DNA of 64,000 nucleotides from Terriglobia bacterium (GTDB lineage: Bacteria; Acidobacteriota; Terriglobia; JAJPHL01; JAPKYU01): NCBI GenBank assembly GCA_965206645.1, contig CBDBKE010000004.1:448001-512000 (forward strand), read 5' to 3'. Positions 1-11,153 of this stretch are shown here, piece by piece. The position numbers were made by a program, and so were the translations under genes. The notes below the pieces were generated by a model that did not search any database, had not been told where the DNA came from, and worked only from the letters and a program-made list of their open reading frames with translations. How positions within the stretch are numbered: the stretch's first letter is position 1; each line of letters begins with the position of its first letter.

Positions 1-833
1 TCCAGAGCCTCGTAAATCTCCGGCTTGGCAAAGGCCGCGTCGGCACGAAACACCACTTCCTTGCCCAGCTGCTGCTGCCGCTCGATCTCCGGCAGGAGAA
101 GTTCTTTCCAGTCCTCGGCGCTGTGCACGTTGCCCGGTCGCAGCTTGGCCGCCAGACAGTCACCCTCGCGATTGAACAGCAACAACGGGTGATAGCAGCT
201 CGACTCGAAATGCCCGTTGTAGGCACTCTGCTCCTGCTGGCCGTAGACCGGAATCTCGGTCGAGTCCATGTCCAGCACCACCCGTTGCGGGGAATCCATA
301 GCTTCCGCCCTGGCGATTAAATCCCGGTTGATCGCTGCCAAACCAGCCAGGTTCTCATCTTGCGTCAGTAGTTCTGTCTCGAACGATTGCAGCCGGGAAG
401 TCAACGCGGCTCCTCGCTCCCAGATCTTTTCTGAACCGATCAGCCGGAACGTCGGATCTTGAGAGAGCCGTTCCGCGTCATTCATATCTTCGTAACCCGC
501 CAAGCGGCTGTACACGGACTGGCGCAGGAGGTCAGCAAAGGGCAACCGTGTGTTCTTTCCCCGAGGATCGGCCAAGTGCTGTTTGATGAGTTCCCCGAAT
601 CCCAAATGTTCGTCTAATTCGCGCACGAGGATCAGGCCGCCGTCGGAAGTAACCCGCGACCCCTGGAAATAGACCTTCAATGCAGCATTGAAAGAGAACT
701 GAAAGGGCTGATTTTGCCTCTCACCCACTGGGTTTCTACCTCCGGAAGCTGTATTGACGCTGGAACCGGCATAAATATTGGCGTCGGAGGTCAGTATAAG
801 GTTAGCTTTGGAGTTTCAAAACGGAAATCCGGG
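1..833 (-). mobile_element. IS1380-family element, left end plus 5' part of the transposase (GTG at 728, runs off the window)
   Basis: Minus-strand translation MGERQNQPFQFSFN..VTSDGGLILVRELDE..VLDMDST..YNGHF is nearly the same as the copy at 34489; both copies share the end CCCGGATTTCC (823-833 and 34383-34393). Confidence 0.88.
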
Positions 834-847
834 CTTAGACAGAAGGC

Positions 848-1519
848 TCAATGGCGGATACAGACTATTCCACCGCATCCCGAAGAGTTCATGGCCTTCG
901 ACAAGCGACGGGTTTCAAAATCCAGCAGCAACGCGTCATCCTGCGTGATCTGGCGGGCATGCATGGTGTCCACACGCACCGGGTACATCCTTCGGAAAGA
1001 TTCGCGTACATTCTCCTTTCGATCGAAGATCGGCGAAAAGACATGCCAGTTGTCACGCTTGCACATCACCTGAACATAGTCGGTGAAGTCTGCATAGGCG
1101 ATCAGGGCATCTTCTCCTCGCCCACCCTGTTGCGCTTTTTGCTTCTTCTCTTTCCACTGGAGGTACATTCCGTTTGGCAACTGGTGTTTCGGCCAGTCGG
1201 AACCGTAGCATGCTGTCATCCGTTCATCGATGCAACGCCGCAACTGCGTTTCCAGCCCAGCAATCCGGACATACGCCATGGGGGCACGGCCTTCCTCTTT
1301 GTGGTCCAGCGGCTTGTCCCCACGCAGATCGGCGATATCTAGGCTTTTTTCGAAGGCCGGGGCAGAAAAATCCGGTCGCGCGCCCTTTAATCCACGGCTC
1401 ACATAGAAATCTGCGCGTTCGCCATAATCCGTGAGTATCTTTCTCGGCCAGGCGATCCGGTTCTGATCTTGCACCGCCGCCTCCGGCGTCGGGTTCACTA
1501 GCAGCGTTTTTTCAGTCAT
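848..1519 (-). CDS. Swt1-like HEPN domain protein (putative RNase effector)
   Basis: Own ATG with RBS GGAGG; helical LETQLRRCI..W..ADFTDY..W..F pattern and an RxxxxH motif (RVDTMH). It is in frame with the upstream recombinase. Confidence 0.65.
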   Translation of the reverse strand: MTEKTLLVNPTPEAAVQDQNRIAWPRKILTDYGERADFYVSRGLKGARPDFSAPAFEKSLDIADLRGDKPLDHKEEGRAPMAYVRIAGLETQLRRCIDERMTACYGSDWPKHQLPNGMYLQWKEKKQKAQQGGRGEDALIAYADFTDYVQVMCKRDNWHVFSPIFDRKENVRESFRRMYPVRVDTMHARQITQDDALLLDFETRRLSKAMNSSGCGGIVCIRH

Positions 1520-1657
1520 CTTTTCCTCCAAAGTTTTTCCTGAGTGCTGTGGTGTTGACGTGGTTCTAAGGTGCGGGAACCGTTCACCCGACAGCGGGAA
1601 TTCATCCCTGAGTGAAGCAGTATTGACATGGTTTTGATGTCCCCCGTCCCCGCCCCA

Positions 1658-2620
1658 TAAATACTTTCTGACCGCGCCGCGTTCGGCCGTGGCGCCCGCG
1701 CTGTAGTGGGCGACCATGCGCGACGTGCGCCAGTTCCCGGCCAACATGACTTCGGTTGTTGACGCGCCGCGCGCCGTCAGTTCGGACGCGAGCCCGACCC
1801 GGCCACTGTGCGCCGTCAAGCGCGCCTCGATGCCGGCGGCGTGGGCGGCAGCGGTGAACCGGCGCTGAATCTGCAACGGCGACAACCCGACCACCCGATC
1901 CGTGGGTGCGGCGTCGGGCCGGTCGGCGCGGACGGTGCGGATCGCTTTCGCGCCGCCGTTCTTCAGATACCGCACGTCGGCGGCGTCCCCCTCTTGATTC
2001 GTTTTCGAGGTCCGCACGGTGAGCAGCACGCCGTCGCCGTCGCTGGCGTCCGTCACGTCGGCCCAGCGCAAGGCGGCGACTTCCGACCGCCGCAGCCCGC
2101 CCATGAACAACAGCGAGGCGATCACGGCGTCGAGTCGGCCCCGGCGTTGCGCCGTGGTGTGGGATTCGACGCCCCGGCCGTCAGTGCGGGGACGGTCGGC
2201 GGTGGCGAGAATCGCGGCGAGCCCGTCCGCGCGCAGCGGGGCGGCCTGGCCCCGGCCCCGGTCGGCGGCCGTGCGACGGTAGCCGCCCAACACGCGGGCG
2301 GTCGCTTCCCCGGCGGGGTCCGGCTGGCCGGCGAGCTTGGCCCGAAACCGGACGGCGGCGACGGCGAGGGCGGCGGTTGCGGGCGCGCGGCCCGCCTCGA
2401 AGAGCTCGCCGAGGTAGACGGCCAGCAAGGGGTCGTCAACCGGGGCGGTCCCCCGCCATGCGTCCAGGCGCGCCAGCGCGCCGGCGTAGGCCAGTCGGGT
2501 GTTGCGGCTGATAGAGGCGTCGGCGAGCTGGCGCGTGGTCGGCGTGGCGACGGCCAGCGGCCCCGCCGTGTCGGGGCGTCGGGCGAGCGCGGCGGGTTCG
2601 GCCTGTGTTGTTTGAAGCAT
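1658..2620 (-). CDS. Cre-like tyrosine recombinase, copy 1 (stop codon lost, reads through into the HEPN ORF)
   Basis: GLRRSE, SKT, HSGRVG, AGNW and HYS catalytic motifs; near-identical to 20364-21329. Confidence 0.9.
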
Positions 2621-2626
2621 AATATC

Positions 2627-3854
2627 GGTGGTCTCAACCCATCGACGCAACACTTTGCCTTGAAAGGAGGAGGTGGAGTGTATGCGGATGAAGCAAAGAG
2701 CTCGTCGCGGTTACACGCTGGCGGAACTGGAGGAGGTGTGGGATCGGTGGAAACGAGGGGAGTCGCTCAAGTCGATTGGACGAGTGTTTTGTAAGCAGCC
2801 ATCGTCTGTTTACCATCAGCTTGCTCCGTACGGAGGCATCCGTCCTCGGCCACCACGCCGTTCATGTTGGGCACTGACGTTGTCGGAGCGCGAAGAGATC
2901 TCTCGAGGCATTGCGGCACATCAATCGATACGATCCATCGCCGGGTTGCTGGGTCGCTCACCATCGACGGTGAGCCGGGAGATTCGGCGGAATGGCGGCG
3001 ATAATGACTATCGAGCAGCGGAGGCCGATGAGCAAGCCGGGGAGAGGGCCCGCCGGCCGAAGCGGTGTCAGCTGGTCAAGCATCCACAACTACGACGGGT
3101 AGTGGCCAGAAAGCTCAGCATAAACTGGTCGCCTGAGCAGATCGCCAGCTGGCTGAAACGAGCCTATCCGAAGGATCCGTCCTATCACGTGTCTCACGAG
3201 ACCATCTACCGCAGCCTGTTTGTTCAAGCCCGCGGTGCGCTGAAGGCAGAGCTGATGCAGCATCTGCGGTCAAAGCGGACGATTCGTCGATCCCGACATG
3301 CAAGTCTGAGAGGCCATGGACGAGGACAGATCACCGACATCGTATCGATCCGTGAGCGCCCGGCCTCGGTCGAAGATCGTGCCGTGCCCGGTCATTGGGA
3401 AGGCGATCTGCTGTCCGGATCGAAGAACAGCCACATTGCGACTCTGGTCGAACGTCATACGCGCTACGTGATGCTTACGAAAGTATCCAGCAAGAAAACG
3501 GAGACGGTCGTGTCGGCGCTCATCAAGCACGCGAAGAAGCTGCCGACGGAACTGTACAAATCTCTGACTTGGGATCGAGGCCTGGAGCTCGCCGAGCATC
3601 GACGGTTCACGTTGGCGACCGACATTGACGTATACTTCTGTGATCCTCAGAGTCCATGGCAGCGCGGTTCGAATGAGAACACCAACGGTCTACTCCGACA
3701 GTACTTCCCCAAGGGAACGGACTTGTCGGTGCACTCTCAGGCGCATCTGAACAAGGTGGCACGTCAGCTGAACGAACGGCCCCGTCAGACGCTGGAGTTT
3801 GAAACTCCGGCAGAACGATTTAACGCTTGTGTTGCATCGACCGGTTGAGCTGGC
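2627..3854 (+). mobile_element. IS30-family element (transposase 2673-3848)
   Basis: HTH RSPSTVSREIRRN, GHWEGD, TWDRG, WQRGSNENTNGLLRQY; imperfect IRs CTCAACCCATCGACGCAACAC / GTGTTGCATCGACCGGTTGAG; ATC flanks both sides (3-bp TSD). Confidence 0.95.
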
Positions 3855-3887
3855 ATCCTTTATCATGCGTGATAAGCTTCCTCTCCC

Positions 3888-3928
3888 GCCGCTCCCCGGC
3901 AGGCCATAATGCCGGATCGCTCCCTAAC
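3888..3928 (-). repeat. 41-bp sequence, perfect inverted copy of 27809-27849
   Basis: 41/41 match by eye. Confidence 0.9.
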
Positions 3929-4242
3929 GTATAGTAGAAGAGGAGCTTCCCCCATGCCCTCCCAACCCGCCTGGTTTCATCGACTTGACGAAATCCTCGC
4001 ACTGCTGCGGGGCTTCGACACCAGATACCTCGATCGGCAAGCGGGTCGAGAGGCTGTTGAAAGGTACGCGCGCGCCGCGCACCGACGCGCCATTCCGTCG
4101 CCGGTCCGGGCATACGCCGCCTGGTGGTCATCGGCGCTCTCGTTTCGTTTGTGATCAGGTGGGAGATCGGACTGCAAACAATTGTGACGATTCGTGCAAC
4201 AACGCCATTACTCACCATCGTGAACATCATCAGGAGATTCGA

Positions 4243-4728
4243 ATGCATGATCACATAGCGCTTGTGTATGGGTTCAACCTTATGCGCGCAGAAACCCTCG
4301 TCAAAGACCTCTCAGCCGAACAGATGGTCGAACAGCCGAACGGTGTAATCAACCACCCGGCGTGGTCCCTTGGTCACCTCGTCGTCTGGGCCAACAACCT
4401 TGGCTCGATGCTCGGACTTGAATCGAGCCTGCCGGATGGGTGGGACAAGACATTTGCCACCGGTGAAACACCGTCGTCAGACGTTTCAGCCTATCCGTCG
4501 AAAGACGAGATCCTCGGTGCGCTCAGGGAACAGCACTCGCGCAACACTGAAGCGCTGAAGAGCGCCGACCTTGAATCGTGGGCCAAGCCCCATCCGTACG
4601 TGAAAACGCTTCCCTATTTCCCGACGGTCGGCGACATGATCACGTTCTTGATGACGGCCCACGAGATGAACCACGTCGGACAGATCGCGGCCTGGCGACG
4701 TGCAATGGGACTCGGCTCCGCGACGTGA
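4243..4728 (+). CDS. DinB-family protein
   Basis: RBS AGGAG; NHPAWSLGHL and HEMNHVGQI metal-binding His motifs. Confidence 0.88.
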   Translation: MHDHIALVYGFNLMRAETLVKDLSAEQMVEQPNGVINHPAWSLGHLVVWANNLGSMLGLESSLPDGWDKTFATGETPSSDVSAYPSKDEILGALREQHSRNTEALKSADLESWAKPHPYVKTLPYFPTVGDMITFLMTAHEMNHVGQIAAWRRAMGLGSAT

Positions 4729-4779
4729 GTCTAAGCCGGGATTTCCGATTTGCCTGCCCCGGAGGGCCCCGTTATACAC

Positions 4780-4935
4780 CCGACCGCGGAGCTGGAGCGG
4801 GTCGGGCTGTCGGGTCGGCTCGATTTCCGGGCGTTGATGGCGTCCGATCTACAGGGCCGGACTCGGGCATTCCGACAGCTTCGGGACGGCGGGATGGGCG
4901 AGTCAGAGGCGCGGGCCGTGTGCGGATTCGACTAG
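4780..4935 (+). pseudogene. possible C-terminal fragment of a phage portal-like protein
   Basis: LDFRALMASDLQGRTRAFRQLRDGGM resembles the C-terminus of small-prophage portal proteins; recognised from memory only. Confidence 0.4.
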
Positions 4936-5749
4936 GGCGTGTTAACACTAACGCAGTGCATCGAAAATGAGTGCGAAGTGGATGAAGCCAAGGAAGAGCA
5001 CATCCAGCTTGTCAAAGCGCGAGAAGATCCGGCGATAGCCCTTCAAGCGGCGGAACAGGCGCTCGATCTCGTTGCGCCGCTTGTACAGCTCCCGGTCGTA
5101 CTCCCAAGGGTCCACGCGGGTCGCGACCGGCGGCACCACCGGCGTGAACCCCAGATCCAACGCCAGTTGGCGGGTCTCGTCACCCTGGTAGGCGCGGTCC
5201 ATCACCAGCGCCAGCGGCTCGTCGTGCGGTCCCCAGTGCGTGAGGAGCTTGCGCCCTTCCGGCGCATCGTGGGCTTGGCCGGGGGAAAGCGCGAACGTTA
5301 TTGCCGTATGAGCATCCGCGGCAACCAGATGAATCTTGGTGGTCCACCCGCCGCGGGATTTGCCGATGGCCTGGGGACCGTTTTTTTTAGCGCCCCCGTG
5401 CCGTCGGGATGGACCTTGACGATGGTGCTGTCCAGCGACACCGCCTCCAGCTTGATGCGGATCAACTGGGCGCGTTGCAGGTGTTCGAACACCCGGTCGA
5501 GCACCCCGTTTTTGGACCAGCGATTTATGCGGGTGTAGATCGTGTGCCAATTCCCGAAGCGACGCGGCATGCCCCGCCACTTGCACCCGTGCTCGGCGAC
5601 GTACAGGATCGCATTGAGCACCTGCTGGTTGGACACGCTGACATTGCCACGTTGCCGCGGAAGATAGGACGCAATGCGCGCGTATTGTGCCTCGGTGAGT
5701 TCCATCCATGAAGGGTAACACGATAAGGCTAAATAGTGTTAACAGGCCC
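4935..5749 (-). mobile_element. IS5-family (IS427-like) element with split transposase (5298-5705 plus frameshifted ORF ending 4948)
   Basis: IRs GGGCGTGTTAACACTA / TAGTGTTAACAGGCCC, TA duplication, A8 slippery run at 5381-5388, motifs GKSRGGWTTKIH and YKRRNEIERLF. Confidence 0.93.
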
Positions 5750-5847
5750 TAATTCGGCTCCGATTTCAATTTTGAGATAGGTTCTAAGGTGTGCGACACA
5801 TCCGCCTACCCTGACGTCTCACGACGACCGCCGGTCACAGAGTTTCC

Positions 5848-6702
5848 ATGGCTTACCTGCTCGCACTCAGTTCGGCGGCGCTGTACGGCACAGCCGATTT
5901 CCTTTGCGGCCTCGCCTCGCGCCGAGCGAGCACCCTCGGCATCGTCGTTACGTCGCAGGGCTGTGGCCTGACGCTGCTGGTGCTCAGTCTGCCGTTGTTG
6001 CCCGCGGCCACACCTGCCGCGCGCGATCTGGTCTGGGGCGGCGCGGCCGGATTGGCCGGTGGCGTCGGAGTGACGCTCCTGTATCGGGCGCTTGCCGTGG
6101 GGCGGATGGCGGTCGTGGCTCCGACGACGGCCGTGTGCGCAGTGACGATTCCGGTCGTCACCAGTGTCGTGCTCGGCGAACGGCTCGCGCCGCTGACGAT
6201 GCTCGGCATCGCGCTGGCGATCGTGGCCATCGTGCTGGTCAGTCAGCAGGAGGCAGCGGCGAGTCCCGTGTCGGTGCGGGCCAGGGCGCTGCCGCCTGGT
6301 GTCGGGCTCGCGCTCCCGTCGGGCGTGGCGATCGGCTTGTTCTTCCTGGCCCTCGCTGAAACAGACGCCCAGGCAGGCATGTGGCCTCTCGTGGCGGCGC
6401 GTGCCGCCTCGGTGACGCTGTTCGGCGTCATCGCGCTGGTCAGCGCGCGGCCGTGGCGCATGTCGGCGGCCGTCACCAGGATCGCCATCGCCGCCGGCGC
6501 CATCGACATAGGCGCCAACGCACTGTACCTGTTGGCCACCCGTTACGGGCCCCTCAGCATCGCTGTCACCCTGTCATCGCTGTACCCCGCGAGTACTGTG
6601 ATCCTCGCGCGGATCGTGCTTGGCGAGCACCTCAATGGCTGGCAAGTCATCGGTGTGGCGTGCGCCGTCCTCGCGGTCGCGTTCATCGTCAGTCCGGGAT
6701 GA
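5848..6702 (+). CDS. EamA/DMT-family transporter
   Basis: About 10 hydrophobic helices in two EamA repeats (LGERL, LGEHL). Confidence 0.88.
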   Translation: MAYLLALSSAALYGTADFLCGLASRRASTLGIVVTSQGCGLTLLVLSLPLLPAATPAARDLVWGGAAGLAGGVGVTLLYRALAVGRMAVVAPTTAVCAVTIPVVTSVVLGERLAPLTMLGIALAIVAIVLVSQQEAAASPVSVRARALPPGVGLALPSGVAIGLFFLALAETDAQAGMWPLVAARAASVTLFGVIALVSARPWRMSAAVTRIAIAAGAIDIGANALYLLATRYGPLSIAVTLSSLYPASTVILARIVLGEHLNGWQVIGVACAVLAVAFIVSPG

Positions 6703-6873
6703 CGACGGCGAATGCACACCTGGCAACGGCGCCATACCCGACGAGAGCGACTCAGCGACCAGAGGACTGGCTCGGCACTCAGCCCGCGCCGGTGTATCCG
6801 TAGAGCTCAATGAGGCGGTGCGCCTGGGCGCGGGTGAGCTTCATTGATGCGGCTCCTTAGCCCGCATTTCTCA

Positions 6874-8869
6874 GTGCGCCGTGCGAAGGCGCCACTCCCC
6901 AGCGGGTGCGAATCCCGCCCGGCAACTGTCGCTCCAGCCGGTAGCAGACGGAGCGGATGATGGAGGTAACGATATCGCCCGAAGCACTCCGACGGCAAAG
7001 GGCCGCGTAGGCGGCTCAGCGACCATGCGGGCCGCAACGCGAGTGAACGCCGAGCAGGCCTCGAAACGGGTAACGTGGAGGCCGACCCGCCTGAGATACA
7101 GGGAAGGCTGCCAGCGGCCGGGTAGCGAGCGACACATGCACCGGCCGGCTCCGCCGGGGTAGTGGCGGCGGCACGCATGGAAGAGGGGAATGGACGCAAC
7201 ACGGGAAGCCCTGCCGGCGGCGTGGCACGCGCCAACCGACAGCCCGCGAGGGTCAGGTCGGGCCGGAGAGGGTGGCGGAGAGGCCCGTAGTACCGGGGAA
7301 GCCGAGTAATGTCGGCGGAGGGAAGGGGCCTCGGTTCGAGAGCAGCGCAGGACGGAGGAAGGGACGTGGGGACTGGCGAGAGCCTAACAGCCTCAGAGAG
7401 GGTTCAGCGACTCCAGACGGCGCTCCATGCGAAAGCGAAGGAAGCTCCGGGCTTCCGGTTCTACTCGCTGAGCGACAAGGTGTGGCGCGATGACGTTCTC
7501 GCGGTCTCCTGGCAGGCTGTGCGCCGCAACGGCGGGTCGGCCGAGGTGGACGGCGAGACGGTCGCGGACATCGAGTCGCAGGGGGTGGACCGGTGGCTGG
7601 GAGCACTGGCGCGGGACCTGAAGTCGGGGACTTACCGGCCGCGTGCGGTCCGGCAGGTCCTGATTCCGAAGAAGCAACGCGGGAAGTTTCGGCCGTTAGG
7701 CATACCTTGTCTCCGAGACCGGGTAGCGCAGACGGCGGCGATGCTGGTGTTATCGCCGATCTTCGAAGCGGACCTTGAACCGGAGCAGTATGCCTATCGG
7801 CCGGGCCGAGACGCGCGTGACGCGGTCAGGCGCGTACACCGGCTGCTGACGACGGGCCACCGGGAGGTGGTGGACGCCGACTTGTCGGACTACTTCGGCC
7901 AGATACCGCACGCGGAGTTGATGCAGTCGATGGCCCGGCGCGTGAGCGACGGGCGGCTGTTGGGCTGGGTCAAGGCGTGGCTGGAAATGGCGGTGGAGGA
8001 GGACGACGGGCGCGGTGGCCGCCGCCTGACGAACCGGGCGCGTCGGGAGCGGAAGGGGACCCCGCAAGGGTCTCCGATTTCGCCGTTGTTCAGCAACATC
8101 TACATGCGTCGCTTCATCTTGGGCTGGAATGTGCTGGGCTATGCCCGGCGCTTCAAGGCGGACCTCGTCAACTACGCGGACGACATCGCGGTGCTCGGCC
8201 GAGCGCCGGCAGCGGAGATGCTGGCGGCGGTGGAAGGGCTGATGAAGCGTCTGAAGCTGCCGCTGAACGCCGAGAAGACCCGCTGCTGCCGGGTGCCGGA
8301 GGAACCGATGACGTTGCTCGGCTACCGGATTGGCCGCAACTGGCGCCGGGACACGGGGCAAGCCTACATCGGCACCCGCCCGAGCCCGGCGAGCGTCCAG
8401 AGCATTTGCCGTCGCGTGAGTGAGCTGACGGCGTCGCGTTACGGGCTTCTGGAACCCGAGGTCGTGGTGGGTCGCCTGAACCGGTTGCTGACCGGCTGGG
8501 CGAACTACTTCACCTTGGGCCAGGTCAGCCCGGCCTACGCGGCGATTGACCGGCACGCTACCCGGCGGCTGCGCCAGTGGCTCTGTCGCAAGCAGAAGGT
8601 GCGGTCCGGGAAATGTGTGCGCTTCCCGGACGAGCGACTGTGGACCGAGTACGGGCTCACGCACCTTGGATCGCGAACGGCGAGTCTTCCGTGGGCGAAG
8701 GCATGATCTCGTCCGAGAGCCGGATGCGGAAAATTCGCATGTCCGGTTCGATGAGCGGCGACTGGAAACGGAGCCATGGCAGGGATTGAGGCACCGGCTA
8801 CGGGCGAAAGCCGCCGGGAACGGCTACCCCCCTTCCGCCTACCGCCACCGCGCCAGTCGTCGACTCTAC
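6874..8869 (+). ncRNA. group II intron
   Basis: 5' GTGCG; domain V GAGAGCCGGATGCGGAAAATTCGCATGTCCGGTTCGATGAGCGG; domain VI ending CGACTCTAC. Confidence 0.9.
7366..8706 (+). CDS. ltrA: group II intron reverse transcriptase/maturase, no endonuclease domain
   Basis: RPLGIP, GTPQGSPISPL, YADD, domain X GWANYF. Start position is uncertain. Confidence 0.93.
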   Translation: MGTGESLTASERVQRLQTALHAKAKEAPGFRFYSLSDKVWRDDVLAVSWQAVRRNGGSAEVDGETVADIESQGVDRWLGALARDLKSGTYRPRAVRQVLIPKKQRGKFRPLGIPCLRDRVAQTAAMLVLSPIFEADLEPEQYAYRPGRDARDAVRRVHRLLTTGHREVVDADLSDYFGQIPHAELMQSMARRVSDGRLLGWVKAWLEMAVEEDDGRGGRRLTNRARRERKGTPQGSPISPLFSNIYMRRFILGWNVLGYARRFKADLVNYADDIAVLGRAPAAEMLAAVEGLMKRLKLPLNAEKTRCCRVPEEPMTLLGYRIGRNWRRDTGQAYIGTRPSPASVQSICRRVSELTASRYGLLEPEVVVGRLNRLLTGWANYFTLGQVSPAYAAIDRHATRRLRQWLCRKQKVRSGKCVRFPDERLWTEYGLTHLGSRTASLPWAKA

Positions 8870-9277
8870 CGAGCGTTCGTCGCGAGGGCGTCGAGGCGCC
8901 GTGGTGGTGGGGCGCACGGACTGAACGACGCTGCAGGCGTAGTCGCAACTACGTCGAAGCGGCGTGAGGGAGTACGCCCCGTCAACGCGAGCGGATCGGC
9001 GTCCGCAGCAGAAGGCTGGTGAGAAATACGCGTGGACGTCCGGCCCCGAAGACCGCTGGGCCGGGCGCGCCGGGGCACCCCCGGATCGTCGCCGTCGATC
9101 CCGGTGATGATGTCGCTGACTCAAGGACACCCGCCTGCTTCACACGCGGGTCGATCGGACGTGCGGTCGGGCCGCGCCGACGTCCCCGCATGTCCCGCAG
9201 CGCGCCTTGCTCACGCTGCCGTCGCCAGTTCGCCGAGTGCGAGCTTTACAACTCACGGCATCGACTATATTCGGCGT

Positions 9278-10036
9278 ATGCCGATTCCAGCCTGCATCCT
9301 TCTGATCCTTGCCCATCCAGACGACGAGAGCTTTTTCGCGGCCGGTCTGGCGCGGCGCCACGTCGAGCGGGGCGCGAAGGTCACCCTCGTGACGGCCACT
9401 CGTGGCGACGCCGGCCAAGTGGGAGATCCACCGCTGTGCGACCGCGACGCCCTACCCGCGCTCCGCGAGGCCGAGCTTCGTGAGGCAGCCGACATCCTCG
9501 GAATTTCAGAGGTGCACCTGTTGGACTATCAGGACACGCGGCTCGCAGAGGCGCCGATCGATCAGATTCGCTGCGAGTTGGTCGCACTCATCCGTCGCCA
9601 CCGGCCGCATGTGGTGATCACATTTGATCCGAACGGCCAAAACGGTCATGCCGACCATGTCGCGATTTCGCGGTTCACGACGGATGCCGTGGCAGCGGCC
9701 GCGGATCCGCGCTGGGCGTCCGAACCGACCACCCCGCACCTGGTGCAACGGCTCCTGTGGACCTCGCCAATTGCGCCGTGGGAGGTGACGCGCCCGGCGG
9801 CCCTGCGTCTCGAGGCGGGGGTGGACTTCGCGATCGACATCGCCCCGTATCGGACCGTGAAGACCGAGGCACTTCGGGCGCACCGGAGTCAGCACGTTCC
9901 GGTCGATCGCTGGTTCCTGAGCAAGCCTGACCTGGACCAAATCTTGAGTATCGAAACGTTCAGACAGGCGTGGGGCCCTACCTTGCGACGGGTGCCCGCC
10001 GACGACGTGTTGGCGGGAATCGACCTGTCCGTGTAG
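9278..10036 (+). CDS. PIG-L/LmbE-family deacetylase
   Basis: AHPDDE, TRGDAG, GHADH and AHRSQ motifs. Confidence 0.9.
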   Translation: MPIPACILLILAHPDDESFFAAGLARRHVERGAKVTLVTATRGDAGQVGDPPLCDRDALPALREAELREAADILGISEVHLLDYQDTRLAEAPIDQIRCELVALIRRHRPHVVITFDPNGQNGHADHVAISRFTTDAVAAAADPRWASEPTTPHLVQRLLWTSPIAPWEVTRPAALRLEAGVDFAIDIAPYRTVKTEALRAHRSQHVPVDRWFLSKPDLDQILSIETFRQAWGPTLRRVPADDVLAGIDLSV

Positions 10037-10269
10037 CAGAGGTCGGCGGCTTCGCCGCCGCGCACTTCGCCGACGACGATGTGATCGGGTCGGTGCCGCA
10101 GGGCGTGACGCTGCTAACGGAGGAACTTTAGGCCGGACAGCGCGTTGACGGCCTGACGATCGTCAATCCGTTCGTCTGAAAGCCGCTCGGTTCTTGTAGT
10201 TGAGGACCGCGCGGGCCAGCCGTCGGGCCGACCGGGTGCACGCGATAGCATGGCAAGGAACGCGGCATT

Positions 10270-11111
10270 CGCTGCAACCAGGGCCGCGCCGCACGTCACG
10301 GGGTGGTCAGCGCAGATACTCGGATTTGGCGATCGAGACATGCCTGATGCTGCGCACGGCATACCATCTTGGACTGCGTCAGACACAGGGGCTTATGGGT
10401 TCCATCGGCACGCTCATGGGGTTGGATATACGGGTACCGGATTACTCCACGCTGTCGCGTCGCGCAAACGGGGTGAGCATCGCTCAGGTGATGAGGCAAG
10501 CAGGATCTGTGCCTATCCATCTGCTGGTCGACAGTACTGGCCTGAAGATCTTCGGCGAGGGCGAATGGCTAGCGCAGAAGCATAACACCAAGGGAATACG
10601 CCGCCGCTGGCGCAAGCTCCACCTCGGACTGGACCTCGCCAGCGGGGCGATTGTTTGCGCCGCTCTGACTCACGATAACGTTGGAGACAGCACAGCCTTA
10701 CCCAGCCTCCTGGATCAGCTGGATGCCCCGGTCACGGGCTTTCTGGCTGACGGCGCCTACGATGGAGCGTCCACACGAAATCTGCTGAGGCAGCGGTATG
10801 AGGAGACCCTGGATGTGGTCATACCGCCGCCAAAGGACGCAGTGATCCGCCTGCAATCGGCGCGTGATGCGACCGTTCGGGATCGCCATATTGCCCAAAT
10901 CCGCAGCAACGGCCGCATGGCCTGGCAGACGGCAACAGGGTACAACCAGCGCAGCCGAATAGAAACGCAGATGGGCCGTTGGAAGAGCGTCATCGGCCCC
11001 AAACTCAAATCCCGCAGCTTCTCCAGGCAGATCACGGAGATCCAACTCGGCCGAAAAGTCCTGAACACAATGACCGCGCTCGGACGGCCTGTGTTCGAAC
11101 GCATCGCCTGA
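10270..11111 (+). pseudogene. IS5-family (IS903-like) transposase, 5'-truncated
   Basis: YSDLAIET, PDYSTLSRR, VDSTGLKIFGEGEW, WRKLHL, ADGAYD; the normal N-terminus is absent. Confidence 0.85.
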
Positions 11112-11153
11112 CACTACCGCTTGGGGAAAGGGGGTTCTTGCCCACTGGCGCAA

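Larger units (their letters stand above)
6861..9032. repeat. MITE-like element (about 176 bp without the intron), split by the group II intron
   Basis: Removing the intron gives CCCGCATTTCTCA|CGAGCGTTC, an 18/22 inverted match to 9011-9032; internal palindrome GTAGTCGCAACTAC. Confidence 0.65.

Noticed and set aside
4731-4750. CTAAGCCGGGATTTCCG, similar to the IS1380 end at 823-838
   Set aside because: Isolated terminal scar with no transposase; not counted as an element.
5771-5791. GGTTCTAAGGTG matches the recombinase-associated site at 1562-1573
   Set aside because: Only 12 bp, and TTTGAGATAGGTTCT looks like an IS5-type end remnant; probably coincidental.
7309-8706. RT as a retron, DGR or Abi system
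   Set aside because: Flanked by clear group II intron domains V/VI and the 5' GTGCG; an ordinary intron-encoded protein.
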